DNA of 64,000 nt from Octopus vulgaris (GCA_951406725.2 OX597821.1:744001-808000); one strand, 5' to 3'; shown: positions 14,421 through 27,717, counted from the first letter of the stretch. The notes: generated from the sequence alone by a model not told the origin. Program-made: numbers and translations.

Positions 14421-15329
14421 GACCTTTGGCATCATTCTTTTAAAATCAACTGTAACCCACCACAATAGACCTGAGATCCTAAAACCAAGGTATCACTTAA
14501 GAAGCGTTGGTGTGGGTGCTAGTGCCATGTAAAAAGCATTGGTACTGGTGCCACATCAAAATCACTGGTGCTGGTTCCACATAAAAAGCACTCAGTACAG
14601 TCTGTGGAGTGGTTGGCATTAGGAAGGGCATCCAGCTGTAGAATGAAGCCAAAACAGGCTATGGAACTTGGTGCAGCCCTTGGGTTTACCCGTTTCTGTC
14701 AAGTCGTCCAACCCATGCCAGCTTGGAAAATAGACGTTAAATGATGATGATGATGATGAATCTGAAGCAATTAGTTTTATTGAGATAATACAGCTAGCTG
14801 CATTTAGGCGCAACAGGATGCAGCCCAATGCAACTGAAAAGGACCAAGCACAGCTTCTACTGTGAACCCAGCTGCAGTTGGCTCCAACTAAATATATCTA
14901 CTTTAAATCGATTGCAGTTAGCTTCTATTGAAAACTGAAAACCTCCAGGTGCAATGTCTTGCACACAGGAAGCATCATGACGCAGAACAATGCAGAGTTG
15001 AATTGGTTGCAATCAGGTGCAACAACAAGATTCAGTTAAATTCAAGTGCAGTCGGATGCAGTTAGGTAACCTGGATAAAGATGATATATTGTTTCATCAG
15101 GTGCAATTGAATCAGATGCTGTTTGATTCAATAAAAGGAAATTATGTGCATTCAGGTCACCAAGAACTGATTTGCAGTAAGATGCAGCGAAAGTGCATTA
15201 AACTGAAAAACCAAAACACTCAATCTGAAATTGTTTAATTTAATTTACTACTACAACTGTTGCTACTACAATTGCTACTCTACTACCACCACTACCACCA
15301 CCACTGCCACTACTGGTGGTGGTGGTGGT

Positions 15330-15568
15330 GGACTGGCAGAATCTTTAGAGTGGCAGGTAAGGTGCCTTGTGGAATTTTCTTCTGAGACTTTATGTTCTGA
15401 GTTCAAACCCTGCTGAGGCCAACTTTACTTTTCATCTTTCTGAGGAAGTGTATCAAAATAAAGAACAATTCTAGTACTAGGGGGTCAATGTGATCACCAA
15501 ATCTCTTTCCTTTAAAATTGCTGGCCTAGTTGCCTAAATCAGAAACATTACTATCATTATCATTATCA

Positions 15569-15603
<35 letters not shown>

Positions 15604-17300
15604 CCTTTACCTGGCAAAGATGAGTTAACTTGTCTTCACCTAATTTTTGTCTTTCTCAAAGTGCACTGAGTAGTCCAAAACATAATTTCAAAAACAGAGA
15701 TGAATTTATACATCAATTTTCAGCATTTCTTGGTTTTTATAAATTTTTTTTTTTTAAATTATGACCAGATGTTGAGTTCAGAAGATGACAATGAGTATGA
15801 ATTGTCTATTAGAAACTTGGATACATCAGATGAGGGTGCAAGCACAAAATAGAATTTCAAGTAAAGTATTGGAAATAGATAAAAACAAAACTTATTTCCA
15901 TAATCATCATTAAAAATACTATAAAAAAAAAGCAATAAAAAAAATTTGTTTGGAAATAAAATGTTTTCTCTAATAAAAGTTGTTGGGGAAGGGGTTAAGG
16001 TAGAAAGCTGGCAAACTTGTTAGCACGCTGGACGAAATGCTTAGCAGTATTTTACCTGTCGCTATGTTCTGAGTTCAAATTCCGCTGAGGTCAACTTTGC
16101 CTTTCATCCTTTAGGGGTCAATAGATTAAGCACCAGTGAAACACTAGGGTCGATGTAATTGACTTGTCCCTTTCCCTAAAATTTCAGGCCTTGTGACTAT
16201 TGTAGAAAGGATTATTATTATCATTATTAAGGTTGTGAGCTGGCAGAATCATTAGCACATTGGAAAAAATGCTTAACAACATTTTGTCTGTATTTAACAA
16301 TCTGAGTTCAAATCCTGCCATGGTTGACTTTGCTCTTCATCCTTTCAGGGTCGATAAAATAAGTATCAGTTGAATACTGGGGTCAATGTAATTGATTTAT
16401 CCTCTCCCCCAAAACTGATGCCCTTGTAGTAAAATTATTATTATTATTATTATTATTATTTTGGTTTTTATTATTATTATTATTATTTTCGGGGTGGTAA
16501 ACTGGCAGAAATGTTAGCACGTTGGGCAAAATGCTTAGCGGCATTTTGTCTGTCCTTATTTTCTGAGTTCAGATTCTGCTGGGGTTGACTTTGTCTTTCA
16601 TCCTTTCAGGGGGTCAATAAATTAAGTGCTAGTGAAATGCTGGGGTCAATGTAATCAACTAGTCCTGTTGCTGCAAATTTCAGGCCTTGTGCCTTTAAGT
16701 AGAAATTATTATTATTATTATTATCATCATCATCATCATCATCAATGTAAACTCTATTGTTTTGTGTGTTGTGTTGTCTTTTGATGTAGTCCTCTACGTC
16801 TTAGGCCCTTGTGACTAATAAAAGGAATCATTATTAGGGTGGCGAACTGGAGAAAACGCTTAGTGGCATTTCGTCTGGCCCTCTGCACCATGAGCTCTAA
16901 TTCCACCAAGGTCGACTTTGCATTTCATTCTTTCAGGATAGATAAAACAAGTTTCAGTTGAGTACTGAAGTTGTTGCAGTCGTCTTCCCCCTCCCCTCAA
17001 AATAGGTGACCTAGTACCAAAATTAAAAAGAATTATCATCATCATCATCATCATTATTATTATTGGTTTTATTGGAGAGCAGGGAGTTGTAGAATTTGTA
17101 GAGAAAATATCTTCTAGTATTTCATAATGTCTCTTTTCATTCTAACTTTAAATCCCCTGTCATCAAAATTTGCCTTTTATCCTTCAAGAGTCAATAAAAT
17201 AAGTATTAGTTAAGTAGTAAGGCCGATTAAGAACAGGGGCTGATTAAATTGACTGTATCAGTTGCCTTCAATATATGGCTTGGAGCCAATATTGGTAATC
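15330..17300 (+). mobile_element. Head-to-tail cluster of about six SINE family 2 copies (Nin/Deu-domain-like); others at about 4593, 4805, 26768, 32893, 54900-55230 (+) and 26570-26745, 34040, 42085-42295, 52985, 62140-62355 (-)
   Basis: Repeated gctggcagaat.gttagca...aaatgcttagc.g.attt...ttctgagttcaaatt..gc.gaggtc.actttgcctttcatcctt..ggggtc.ataaa.taagtaccagt, separated by (ATT)n tails. Confidence 0.85.
15599..15998. mobile_element. piggyBac-like deletion derivative with TTAA ends
   Basis: TTAA|ccctttacctggca ... tgttggggaagggg|TTAA, inserted between SINE copies. Confidence 0.55.
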
Positions 17301-17539
17301 CTCTGTGATTCCACTGATTTGGTTTAAGAAATTCTTGAGAAGCATGAAAAGCTAAATGGACAAGATGCCAGGTTCCAACTTTCCAATTTTATGAATTTTC
17401 ATGTCTGTATCGTCATCACCAAAACCACCATCATCATCTTCAGCTTTTTTTTGTGTGTGTGTTCTTTAGTAAATCCTTTAACCCTACTAGTTTAGAATGT
17501 TTCAAAGTTAAATAAAGTCCTTATTTGGAATGCAACACT

Positions 17540-17625
17540 ATTTACATTTGTGTAGTGGTTAAGAGCACAGGCTATTAACCCCAAGATTCCGAGTTCGATT
17601 CCAGGCAGTCACCTGAATAATAATG

Positions 17626-17658
<33 letters not shown>

Positions 17659-17796
17659 TCGAAGAATACCTTAGGAATGAGAACCCAGATTCGAAATTTC
17701 CTCAAGACACTTGAAGAAGGCTGGAGGGTATATCAGCCAAAACGTTGTGTTAGCAACAAACAAGATGAGGACAAATATCCGTCAAAGATAAAAATG
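17540..17796 (+). mobile_element. Second copy of the tRNA-headed, hammerhead-bearing element
   Basis: Aligns end to end with 50836-51060. B box gagttcgattcc (17591). acac-ttgaaga-a-ggctg..cagcc-aaaac-gtt-gtgt at 17707-17750. Confidence 0.75.
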
Positions 17797-19610
17797 CATT
17801 TGTAAAGTCATGTGACTTGATAATGTAGTTGCAGAGTGGTGAAACGAATCACATATTTACAACTAAGTAATTAATCTAAGTAATTAATAACTGGCAGAGT
17901 ACGAGTGCTCTTTAGCCCTAGGTAATCCCTGGTTAAATATATCTCACAGAAGCAAAGTGGCTGAGTTCCTTTCAAGTGTTGGGCCTCACAGAGGCAATGA
18001 CCAACACCTTTGATATTATATTGTGCTTGAGAAGAAGAAGACTCATCAAGCTGAGCAAAATCATAGTTGAGGCAGATACTGGTGTCATGCAAATTGGCAC
18101 CTGTGCCAGTGACACATGAAAACACCCCGGTGTCACACAAATGGTACCCGTGCCAGTGACACACAAAAAGCACCCATTACACTCTTGGAGTGGTTGGTGT
18201 TAGGAAGGGCATCCAGCTGTAGAAATCAAACTGGAGTCTGGTGCACTTTCCAGCGTGCCAGTCTGGTCAAACCGTCCAACCCATGGAAGCATGGACAACA
18301 GATGTTAAATGATGACGATGATGATGCTCAAAGACATTCCAGTTGTGATCGTCATGTCTTTTTATATAGCTTCAGAGACATTGGATAATGTGCATTAGCC
18401 TTTTTTTTTAAGACAACAAGTTCCCTTGTCTTAAAAAAGTGTTAGGGAACTTGGCTGTTATTTCTAGGAAATCAAGACACTCCCTTGTTTGCCAATGGTT
18501 ACTATGGTTTATGATTACAAATATAAGTTACTACATTTCATGTTGCACAAGAAACCCTACTGTTTGTGAGTAACAAAGAAAATATGTACATTGTATGTAT
18601 GTGTGTGTATGTGTATGTATGTATGTATGTATACAAATACACATACACACACACTTGCACACACAAACATGTGTAATTGCATATTTATCTTCGTTGCCAC
18701 CAACCTACTTAGCTGACATATTTAGCTATCAGTTAATCTCTAACGATCAATAATCAAACACATCAAAATCCATCAATCATATTTACAAATGTAGGGTTGT
18801 ATGGGTTCTCTTATAATGCACACATATATATCTATATCACACACACACACACAAATTGCTTTTCAAACACCCTAGAATCTTATTTTGATTTATATCTTAC
18901 TATCTGTCTCAATCTAAACAAAATCACATGCAAATACACAGATATTTAGAGTCTCTTTCTCTCCTTATCCCTCTCTCTCTCTCTCTTTCCTTGAAATATC
19001 TATCTATCTGTCTGTCAGTCTGCCTGTCTGTCTCTTTCATTGTATTTTAACTTTTAATCAGTCACGGGGCCTCTCCTTTGTCTAGTGAGCCACAGTGTGG
19101 CTCCACTTGTGCTGCTGCCAGGAAAAAGAACCCAGTAGACTCAGCAAGTAAACAGAATCAAGCAGTAATAATACAAGACGCTCCACAAGCATGACCGGTC
19201 TCTTTAGTCTTGCTGAGGGCAAGACAACCTCTACAATGTTGGTGCAATGAAAAAATTTACCTAGTATGCTCAGCAAAGTGGTTGATGTTAGGAAGGTCAT
19301 CAAGCTGTAGAGACAATACTAAAACATGGATATTGGAGTAAGACATGAACCATCCAACCCATGCCAAACATGGAAAATGAATATAAAATTATCATGCTCA
19401 TGCTATATATGTATTAGTGTATGCACAGACATGGCTCAGTGGTTAAGAAACCACATGGTTTCAAGTTCAATCTCAGTGGGTGATACCTTGAAAAAAGTCC
19501 TGTATAGTGTTTGACTGACCAGATCTTTATAATCTGAAATTTGTGAAATTTGATGGATCAGAAACAGTATAAAAGCCTTCACTCACTCACACACACACAC
19601 ACACACACAC

Positions 19611-19643
<33 letters not shown>

Positions 19644-19644
19644 A

Positions 19645-19694
<50 letters not shown>

Positions 19695-20623
19695 GGAGCT
19701 TTTTCATTTCGATAACAACTACACAGCTGGTATATCTGTTTTATGAATATTTTTTCCATATTTTCATGTGCTCCCAGCAGTTTCTTTTGTACAGTAAACT
19801 TTAAAATCTGTAAACTGTTTTTAGATCTTCACAGTCTCATCTTCTGGATGATGTTGATGTTGGTATATGTTGCTGGTTCTTAAACACAGGTAGGGCCACT
19901 GTGATAGGTGTTGACATGACTACTGTAATTTGAATTTTCTCATGTACTACACCATTCAAACACAAAATTCAACTAAGGAAGAAAACATATATACACAATG
20001 GAGTTTCCCACAAGGATAGACAACTACTGATAGAAATAATGCTCATCACATGACACATACACTAAATACTCAGACAACCAACAAACACTAGTCACGTGCA
20101 GAAGTATGCAACTGGCTGGTGATGTACAAATGTAATAATCAAAATTCAAACTGCAGCAATACTGTCTATATCAATCGTATTGGTCCTGACTACTATGAAA
20201 TGAGAGCAGTACATACTGACATCACTTCATCTTGAAGATGAGACTGTGAAGCTTTAAAACTGCTGATGATTGATTAAGAGACTTTATAAAAAAAGTAGTT
20301 TCAAATAAAATGCAAAGAATTTGTACATGAATATGTAAAAAAAGGTGATAAAAAGCAAAGAACTAGAAAATAACCATCTGCTCAATACAAAACAGCATAC
20401 ACACACACTCATATACATATATTTATACATATACACAAACACACACATACATGAATGTTGTGTTAATAGCATGATTATATACTGCATATTTTACATGCAA
20501 AACACCAAAATTCTGTATGAACACTCACAAAAGCAGGTCCACTGAAGATTGCCATATTCAAATTCTTGGATACTAGCAAGAAACCAGTGTAGGGAAGTAA
20601 CAAGTACTATATATATATATATA

Positions 20624-20702
<79 letters not shown>

Positions 20703-22022
20703 GCTCACATACGCACACATTTTTAAATCAGTGGAAAAGTTACAAGCAATAAAAGAGTTGACAACCATCAAACGTGAAACTATTGGCTTTTGAGTCACTC
20801 TTGTAACTTTTCAATCAATTCCCACACATTGACAAAAGAATACAAAAAAGGTAAATCCATGTTTATTAGATGAAAGAATATAAAAATGCTAAATGAAAAA
20901 AAATGCATAACATTATATATGTGCTCTCTCCAAAGTAAAGTATGTAGAATTTTTTTACTAAGCCATGTATATAAAATTTCATATTCATACATTCAGAAAC
21001 ATGCATATACACAAACATAAATTTATACCCAGTAACATTTAAAAACACAATATATGATCGAGATAGAATCAGCAGCAAACTACAGCAGATAATGTAACAA
21101 GACTCTCGTAGCATATCAATTACCTCTAGCGATATATTACAATTATATGAAGCTGAATGACATAACATCCTAGTAGAGAGATCCATATTACATTATATAC
21201 ATATACACATCTTTTTTGGAATATTTGCATTCGAGGTTCACATAAAGCTATAAATAATAACGTAAACACTGGATTGAAAAACAATTTTCAACCCAATCTT
21301 TACTTACAATTATTTATACCTTTATGTGAGTGTTAAGAGCCATTCTTCCAAAAATGAATTATTCCATGCCCTCTCCAAAGTTTATCAAATTCTTATAATA
21401 TCAAGAATATATGTATATTGTTGATTAGGAGATAAAGTTTCAAAACTTTTTACTATGAGCTCTTTGTTGATTTTTAGACTATGATTGCAAATTAGAACAT
21501 TAAGTTCAACATTTGTGATATTTATAACCTGTTGTTTTAATTTTAAATATATCATTCAATGATTGACAGAGATTGGTAGAGCTTCAGCTTCTAATAAACA
21601 ATATTCCAGATTACTTCTAGTAGTACAGAGTATTTTCATTCCCTCCCTCTTTAGCACAAACCAATTTGGACAAGTCCCTTAACCCCTTGACTATCGTTGA
21701 GCCTGGTAGAGCCCATCCCTCTCTAGGCTAAACTCATTTCTACAGCTGAGTGAACTGGAGCAGCATGAAATGCAATGTTTTTGCTCAAGAACACAATGGA
21801 TCAGCTGGTCCAGGGATCAAAACCACAATCTTCTAATCATGAGTCCAACACTTTAAACACTAACCCACGTGCCTCCACATACAAACCAATTTACATTTAT
21901 TTATATGCACACATATACAAATATGCATATATTTATCTATTTACTACTCTTGATTATTAACTAATTATAATAAGAGATATATAAACACTTATCCAAATGT
22001 AAATTAATTGTATTATTTTATT

Positions 22023-22116
22023 CTGTCTGAAGAATTTCTAAATGGAAACATCTTAAATGTTTATCATGCATATACAACTTTGTGATTTCTATTAGCAAAT
22101 GAAACACGTGTAATGG
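22023..22116 (+). ncRNA. Type I hammerhead ribozyme motif with intact core
   Basis: CUGU-CUGAAGA(22027)-long stem II (AUUUCUAAAUGGAAA/UUUCUAUUAGCAAAU)-GAAAC ACGU GUA(22101-22112)-AUGG. Palindromic stem III ACACGUGU; weak 4-bp stem I with two GU pairs. Confidence 0.55.
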
Positions 22117-22490
22117 TGAATGAAAAATACAAAAAAAAATTTCCAAATTCCGGTTTTGTCACATCCTATATCTCGAATATGTATATCATCACCATCATTT
22201 AACGTCTGTTGTCTGTCAAAAGATGATGATGATGTATATATATATATATAGGATGTAACAAAACATATGTATTGATAGAGAGATGTAAATGGAATAAATT
22301 AAGTAGTCAGGATATTAAGACTACTCTTAGTCTCAAGCTGCTGTTTATGATCTCATACTGTACAGATCTTTGGAAAACCATAAAACAACAGACTTCATGA
22401 CCTGAGTTCCTAATATATAACTTGCAATAAAATAATTTACTATATATATGAATAGTCTCTTATTTTTGACTTTACAGATTGCGATCATTT

Positions 22491-22527
<37 letters not shown>

Positions 22528-22763
22528 AGAAGATGCTAAAATTCAATGAATGTCTTTCAAAGAATGCATAGACAACAACATGAGCGGTAGATATATATAT
22601 TTCTTTCGATATTATTTTTACAATATTTATCTTTTTTTTCTCTTGGAATCCATCAAAGGTGTTTCATTATGAATCTAGTCTCATTAATAAAATACATTAT
22701 TAAAAACATAACAGAAATGTGTTTAAAGCCTAAGCAGAAGTAGATGTCTGTATGCATACATAC

Positions 22764-22823
<60 letters not shown>

Positions 22824-23326
22824 TTATATATATATAATGTTTGTTTCATTAATATTTATTTAGATTTTAACCATGAAAATTTTATGCAGAATGCAACATG
22901 TTAATGGAATATAACTGGCTTCCTTTTACTTACTCATATTCACATCACAGAGATACAAAAAATATATGATAATGGATAATGTATTATATATATATATATA
23001 ATGTGTGAGATTATTTCAGTGTATAAATCTTAGTTATATATATATATATATATATTGAATGTACAAATATATTGCTTTGGCATTCATACTTAGATGACTA
23101 AATTCTGGTACTGTGTATGTAAATTATCCCCAAATTATTTACAGTAAAGTAGAAACACAAATGTTCAACAGAAAGAGGGGGCAGGCAGACACAGTCATGT
23201 CACTATTGTGGAAATTTAGTATCAATAAGACATTATAGGGATCAATGATTAACAGGATTTGGTAATTTGGAAAAGAAAAACAAAAGATAATGCCACAAAT
23301 GAAAGAGAAGAATATGTGACACTCAC

Positions 23327-23409
23327 GCCAGGTAGGGTCTTCTGTTCGTGGAGTGCAGCCTGGGCCTTAACGGCACTCTCTCGGTTGCAGTATGTCAAAA
23401 ATGCGCAAC
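23327..23409 (-). CDS. CELF3/4-like (bru3): Internal coding exon (83 nt) of a CELF3-6/Bruno-3 subfamily RNA-binding protein, C-terminal half of RRM1
   Basis: Minus strand reads ttgtatttttcag|GT TGC GCA TTT ... CTA CCT GGC|gtgagt, with canonical acceptor and donor. It translates as (G)[27 protein letters not shown], matching the RNP1-containing CELF3-6 segment [25 protein letters not shown]. Phase 1 start, phase 0 end. Confidence 0.95.
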
Positions 23410-23569
23410 CTGAAAAATACAAATTTAAACATATAGAATTCGTAAATATAAAAATTTTTAAATACAAATTTAAACGTATAGACAAAAAAAAACACACCAA
23501 AAAACCCAGAGAATTTTACCAAATATATATATATATATACACACACACACCCATACACACACTCAGATG

Positions 23570-23603
<34 letters not shown>

Positions 23604-23642
23604 ACCAGGTAAGTGAAGTGAGCGAATAAATGTTCATTTGTT

Positions 23643-23694
23643 GACAGCTGTTTCATAATTTGTGTAAGTTATGTAAGTGATGCTATATCATCAG
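23643..23694 (-). ncRNA. Minimal hammerhead core on the CELF sense strand (stem I disrupted)
   Basis: Minus strand: CUGAUGA-UAUAG...UUAU-GAAAC AGCU GUC, with palindromic stem III ACAGCUGU. The flanks UGA/AAC do not pair. Confidence 0.45.
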
Positions 23695-24542
23695 TCATAC
23701 ACATATTCATGAATATAATTTTGCTGTGGCATAATGAACTCACTACACATCAGATCATTTCATGGCAAGTCAACACACTACAAATAGTTTCATTATATAG
23801 TCATAGAATGTATTTGGTTAACTTTACCCTTTTTAAGTTTCCGTATATGGAGCATGCTAAAACAATGAGTGTGTGATAGAGAATGTAGAACCATTTATCT
23901 AACTAAAACAGAATATAAAACATCAGTCAACAAATGGAATAAACTTCTATTCTCTCACTTCTCTTATTTGATCATGTTTTTACACATTCTCCACCACTGT
24001 GATTCCTGGATTTTCAGAACGATGGTGAGGTCATACCCTAGCCTTAACCACTGATTTTTTTTTCTTGATAGCCAGACACCAGACAGGGAGAAATTTCTTG
24101 ACCAAACCCTGAGAAACAAGCAGCCATTCTGTTTGTGTGCACATCAAATGTAGTAGCTTCAGAGAACTGGAGCTACTAGTTTGCATATTATAAGCATTTA
24201 ACACTTATAACTAATATCAATGTACTTTTGACAGACAGTTGGACCCACCTACTTAGATCCTGATAGGGTAGAAAACCAGAGCATTCCCACTGCAGCAGTC
24301 AACTCAATGACATATGCATCTTCGTGATTCTATGAGCCATGCTGGCCATATAATTTTGACCTGACCCTGTGCCTTACCATTTCAGTGCCTGGTTCACTCG
24401 AATCATAATCTATTGTATATATATTATTGTTAAAGGTGCAAAATTGAATATTACTAATTGGTCGATAGCTGATGAAAAATTACGGACCTTCTGTTTGCGT
24501 CCTGTTCATTTTTACATTCAGTATAATATATACATATTTGAG

Positions 24543-24842
24543 GAGGCTTGTGGCCTAGTGGTTAGAGAAGCTGACTCACGGTCGAGGGATCTCAGGCTTG
24601 AATCTCAGACCGGGTGATGTGTGTTTATGAGCGAAACACCTAAGGTCCATGTGGCTCTGGCAGAAGGTAATGGTGAACTTCTGCTGACTCTTTCACAACT
24701 TTCTCTCACTCTTTCCTCCTGCATCTTGCAGCTCACCTGCGATGGACTGGCGTCCCGTCCAGGTGGGAAACCTATATGCCAAGGAAACTGGGAAACTGGC
24801 CCTAATGAGCCAGGCATGGCTCGAGAAGGAACAAACAACAAT
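24543..24842 (+). mobile_element. tRNA-derived SINE family 3; related copies at about 5215-5575, 21735-21878, 52275-52495, 54325-54603 (-) and 13250-13360, 41695-41920 (+)
   Basis: A box tggcctagtgg, degenerate B box, body cctgcgatggactggcgtcccgtccag...gaaactggccc..atgagcc, and (aac)n tail. Confidence 0.8.
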
Positions 24843-25137
24843 AATATATATATATATGTGTGTATGTAAAATATATGTATATATATGCATACATATTGTA
24901 TTTTGATGGTAAATAAGACTTTTATTGAAATATAAAAGGAAAAAATACTCCAGTCCTTCAAATATTATATAATCCAATGCAGTGCATACCGTTTATCCTG
25001 AATATGCACTGTTTAAATCAGTCAGCTATATGTGGGCTTCTTTTTATGATATAAAAAATGGAATGCAAATTATGGTGGAAACATTAGTGCGCCGGGTGAA
25101 ATGCTTAACGGTATTTTGTCTGTCTTTATATTTTAGG

Positions 25138-25297
25138 TGCAGGAGTGGGTGTGTGGTAAGTAGCTTGCTTACTAACCACATGGTTCCGGGTTCAGTTCCA
25201 CTGTGTGGCACCTTGGGCAAGTGTCTTCTACTATAGCCTCAAGCTAACCAAAGCTTTGTGAGTGGATTTGGTAGACAGAAACTGAAAGAAGCCTGTC

Positions 25298-25353
<56 letters not shown>

Positions 25354-25565
25354 AAATGTTTGTGTGTCTGTGTGTGTTTGTCCCCCCAACATTGCTTGAC
25401 AACCAATGCTGATGTGTTTACGTCTCCATAACCTAGCAGTTTGGCAAAAGAGACCGACAGAATAAGTACTAGGCTTACAAGGATTAAGTCCTGGGGTTGA
25501 TTTGCTCAACTAAAGGTGCTGCTCCAGCATAGCCACAGTCAAATGACTGAAACAATTAAAAGAGT
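25138..25565 (+). mobile_element. SINE family 1, full-length copy
   Basis: Head, CORE-like segment, microsatellite and 3' tail are all present. Confidence 0.9.
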
Positions 25566-26276
25566 ATATATGAGTATGAAATATAGAATGCAATTATACT
25601 TGTGTGTGATCAATTAGCCATGAAACATTTAGGATATTTAGCTGTGAAGCAATGCCTCATAATAAGGTATTCATTTAACCCATGCTAGCATGAAATAACA
25701 GAAGTAAAAACGATTGAGGAAAGGAACAGATATATGTTATTCAGATCAAATCTTCAAAACACTTTTGAAACTTTTTGCCAAATTCCAGAAATAACTAAAC
25801 TGTGTGAACCAGGTTCACAAAGATAAACAAAATAAGATTTAAAAAATGTAAATAAACAAACATAGGAAATAATAAAAAATAAAAAAAAACAGAGAAAAAA
25901 CCCCCCACCATACAAATGAATAATTGAAGCATGGGGGTACCAAAGGGAATCAACTGTTTACCAAAGATATAAGGATCATGACTAATGGGTTGGTGATCCC
26001 TATATGGCTATTAAAGGGGTTTCAAATGCATTCTTGGTGTTCTCTGACAAATTCTTAGAATGAGAAGTAAGGATGAAGATGCAGAGTTCATCCTTAGAAG
26101 TTCACGTTTTCGTTAAATATCTGACTTTTGACAGATAGGATTTTTAGGTCAACAAAAATATGTCAGAAGTGTGTGTGTGTGTGTGTATTTGTATTTCCAT
26201 ATTCAGAATATATATACTTTCACACATGACTGTGTATCTATGAGTACCTGCATCGATGTATCTATATGCATGCATG

Positions 26277-26315
<39 letters not shown>

Positions 26316-27717
26316 ACACACAGTTTTCAAATTACACATTTTTCTCTACTGGCATACACATTAGAAAATCTATACATATGCGTATGCATGTAAGCGCATA
26401 AATACACATATGTATGTGTGTGCATATACATTTGATTGCATTTGTATATATGCGCTTGGTCCTTGCATAAGCCTGCTTGTCTGTGTGTGAATGTGAAAGT
26501 GTACATATTGTTTACTTATGCATATGATTACATTTTGTTAATAATAATAACAATAATAACAATCCTTTGTACTATAGGCTCAACACCTGGAATTTGTGGG
26601 GAGGAGACTAGTTGTACCTGGCACTTAATTTGTAGACTCTGAAAAAATGAAAGGCAAAGTCAACCCCAGCGGCATTTGAACTCAGAACTGGAAGACAGAC
26701 AGAATACTGCTAAGCATTTCACCCAGCGTCAGCTCACCGCTTTATAATAATAATAATAATAATAATAAGGCAGTGAGATTGCTGAATTGTTACAATGTTA
26801 GATAAAATGCTTAGCAGCCTTTTCTTCATTTGTATGTTTTGAGGACAAATTCTGCCAAGATCAATTTTGTGTTTTATCTTTTTGGGGTTCATTAAATAAA
26901 TACCAGTTTATTACAGGGGTCATTGTAATCAACTTACTTACCTCCCCTGAAAGTGCTGGCTTTGCATTTAAATCTGAAACCAATATTGCTGATAATGTTG
27001 ATGATGATGATGTGCTTGCATATGAATTCTGTTTGCAAAAGGATGTATTAGTGCAGACAAAAATGCATGCACTTAGCTGTGTATAACTGGTGACCTTTGT
27101 AGTGGTTAGTCTCCAAGACCAACATCAATAGAGAGAGAAAACAACACATACACAATTACATAGACACACACACACACACATGTATATACACACACATCTT
27201 AAGATCAAAAACAACAACAACAACAACAAAGGCAAACATTGCTTGTAAAACTCCAAACAATCTTAAGAGGATTAGTTTAAAGAGTTTTGAAGAATTATTT
27301 ATATTTGTTGTCTCTATTATTATACACAATGTGAGTATGTGCCTCACTCTAGATATATACATGTGTGTGTGTGTGTGTGTGGTGTTTAGCTATTGTGTAG
27401 TCATGTGTAATTTCATCACTTAATGATCTTTTGTACTCAAGTGTATGCAAGAGTGTGTGCGTGTATGTGTTTGTATATGTGTGTGTATATATATATATAT
27501 ATATAAGTCAGTAAATGGTAGGTATATATAAAACACACACAATATATATACACAAAGCACAAGAGTGGCTGTGTGGTAAGAAGCTTGCTTCCCAGCCACA
27601 TGGTTCCAGGTTCAGTCCCACTGCATGGTACCTTGGACAAGTGTCTTCTACTATAGCCTTGGGCCAACCAAAGCCTTGACAGTGGATTTGGTAGATGAAA
27701 ACCTAAAGAAGCCTGTC

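Noticed and set aside
17550-17610. tRNA genes at A/B-box sites (also 24545, 37835-37900, 44860, 50835)
   Set aside because: No complete cloverleaf or acceptor stem; most continue into SINE bodies.
23249-23500. 83-aa ORF as a complete gene
   Set aside because: Only 23327-23409 is exonic; the flanks are intron read-through.
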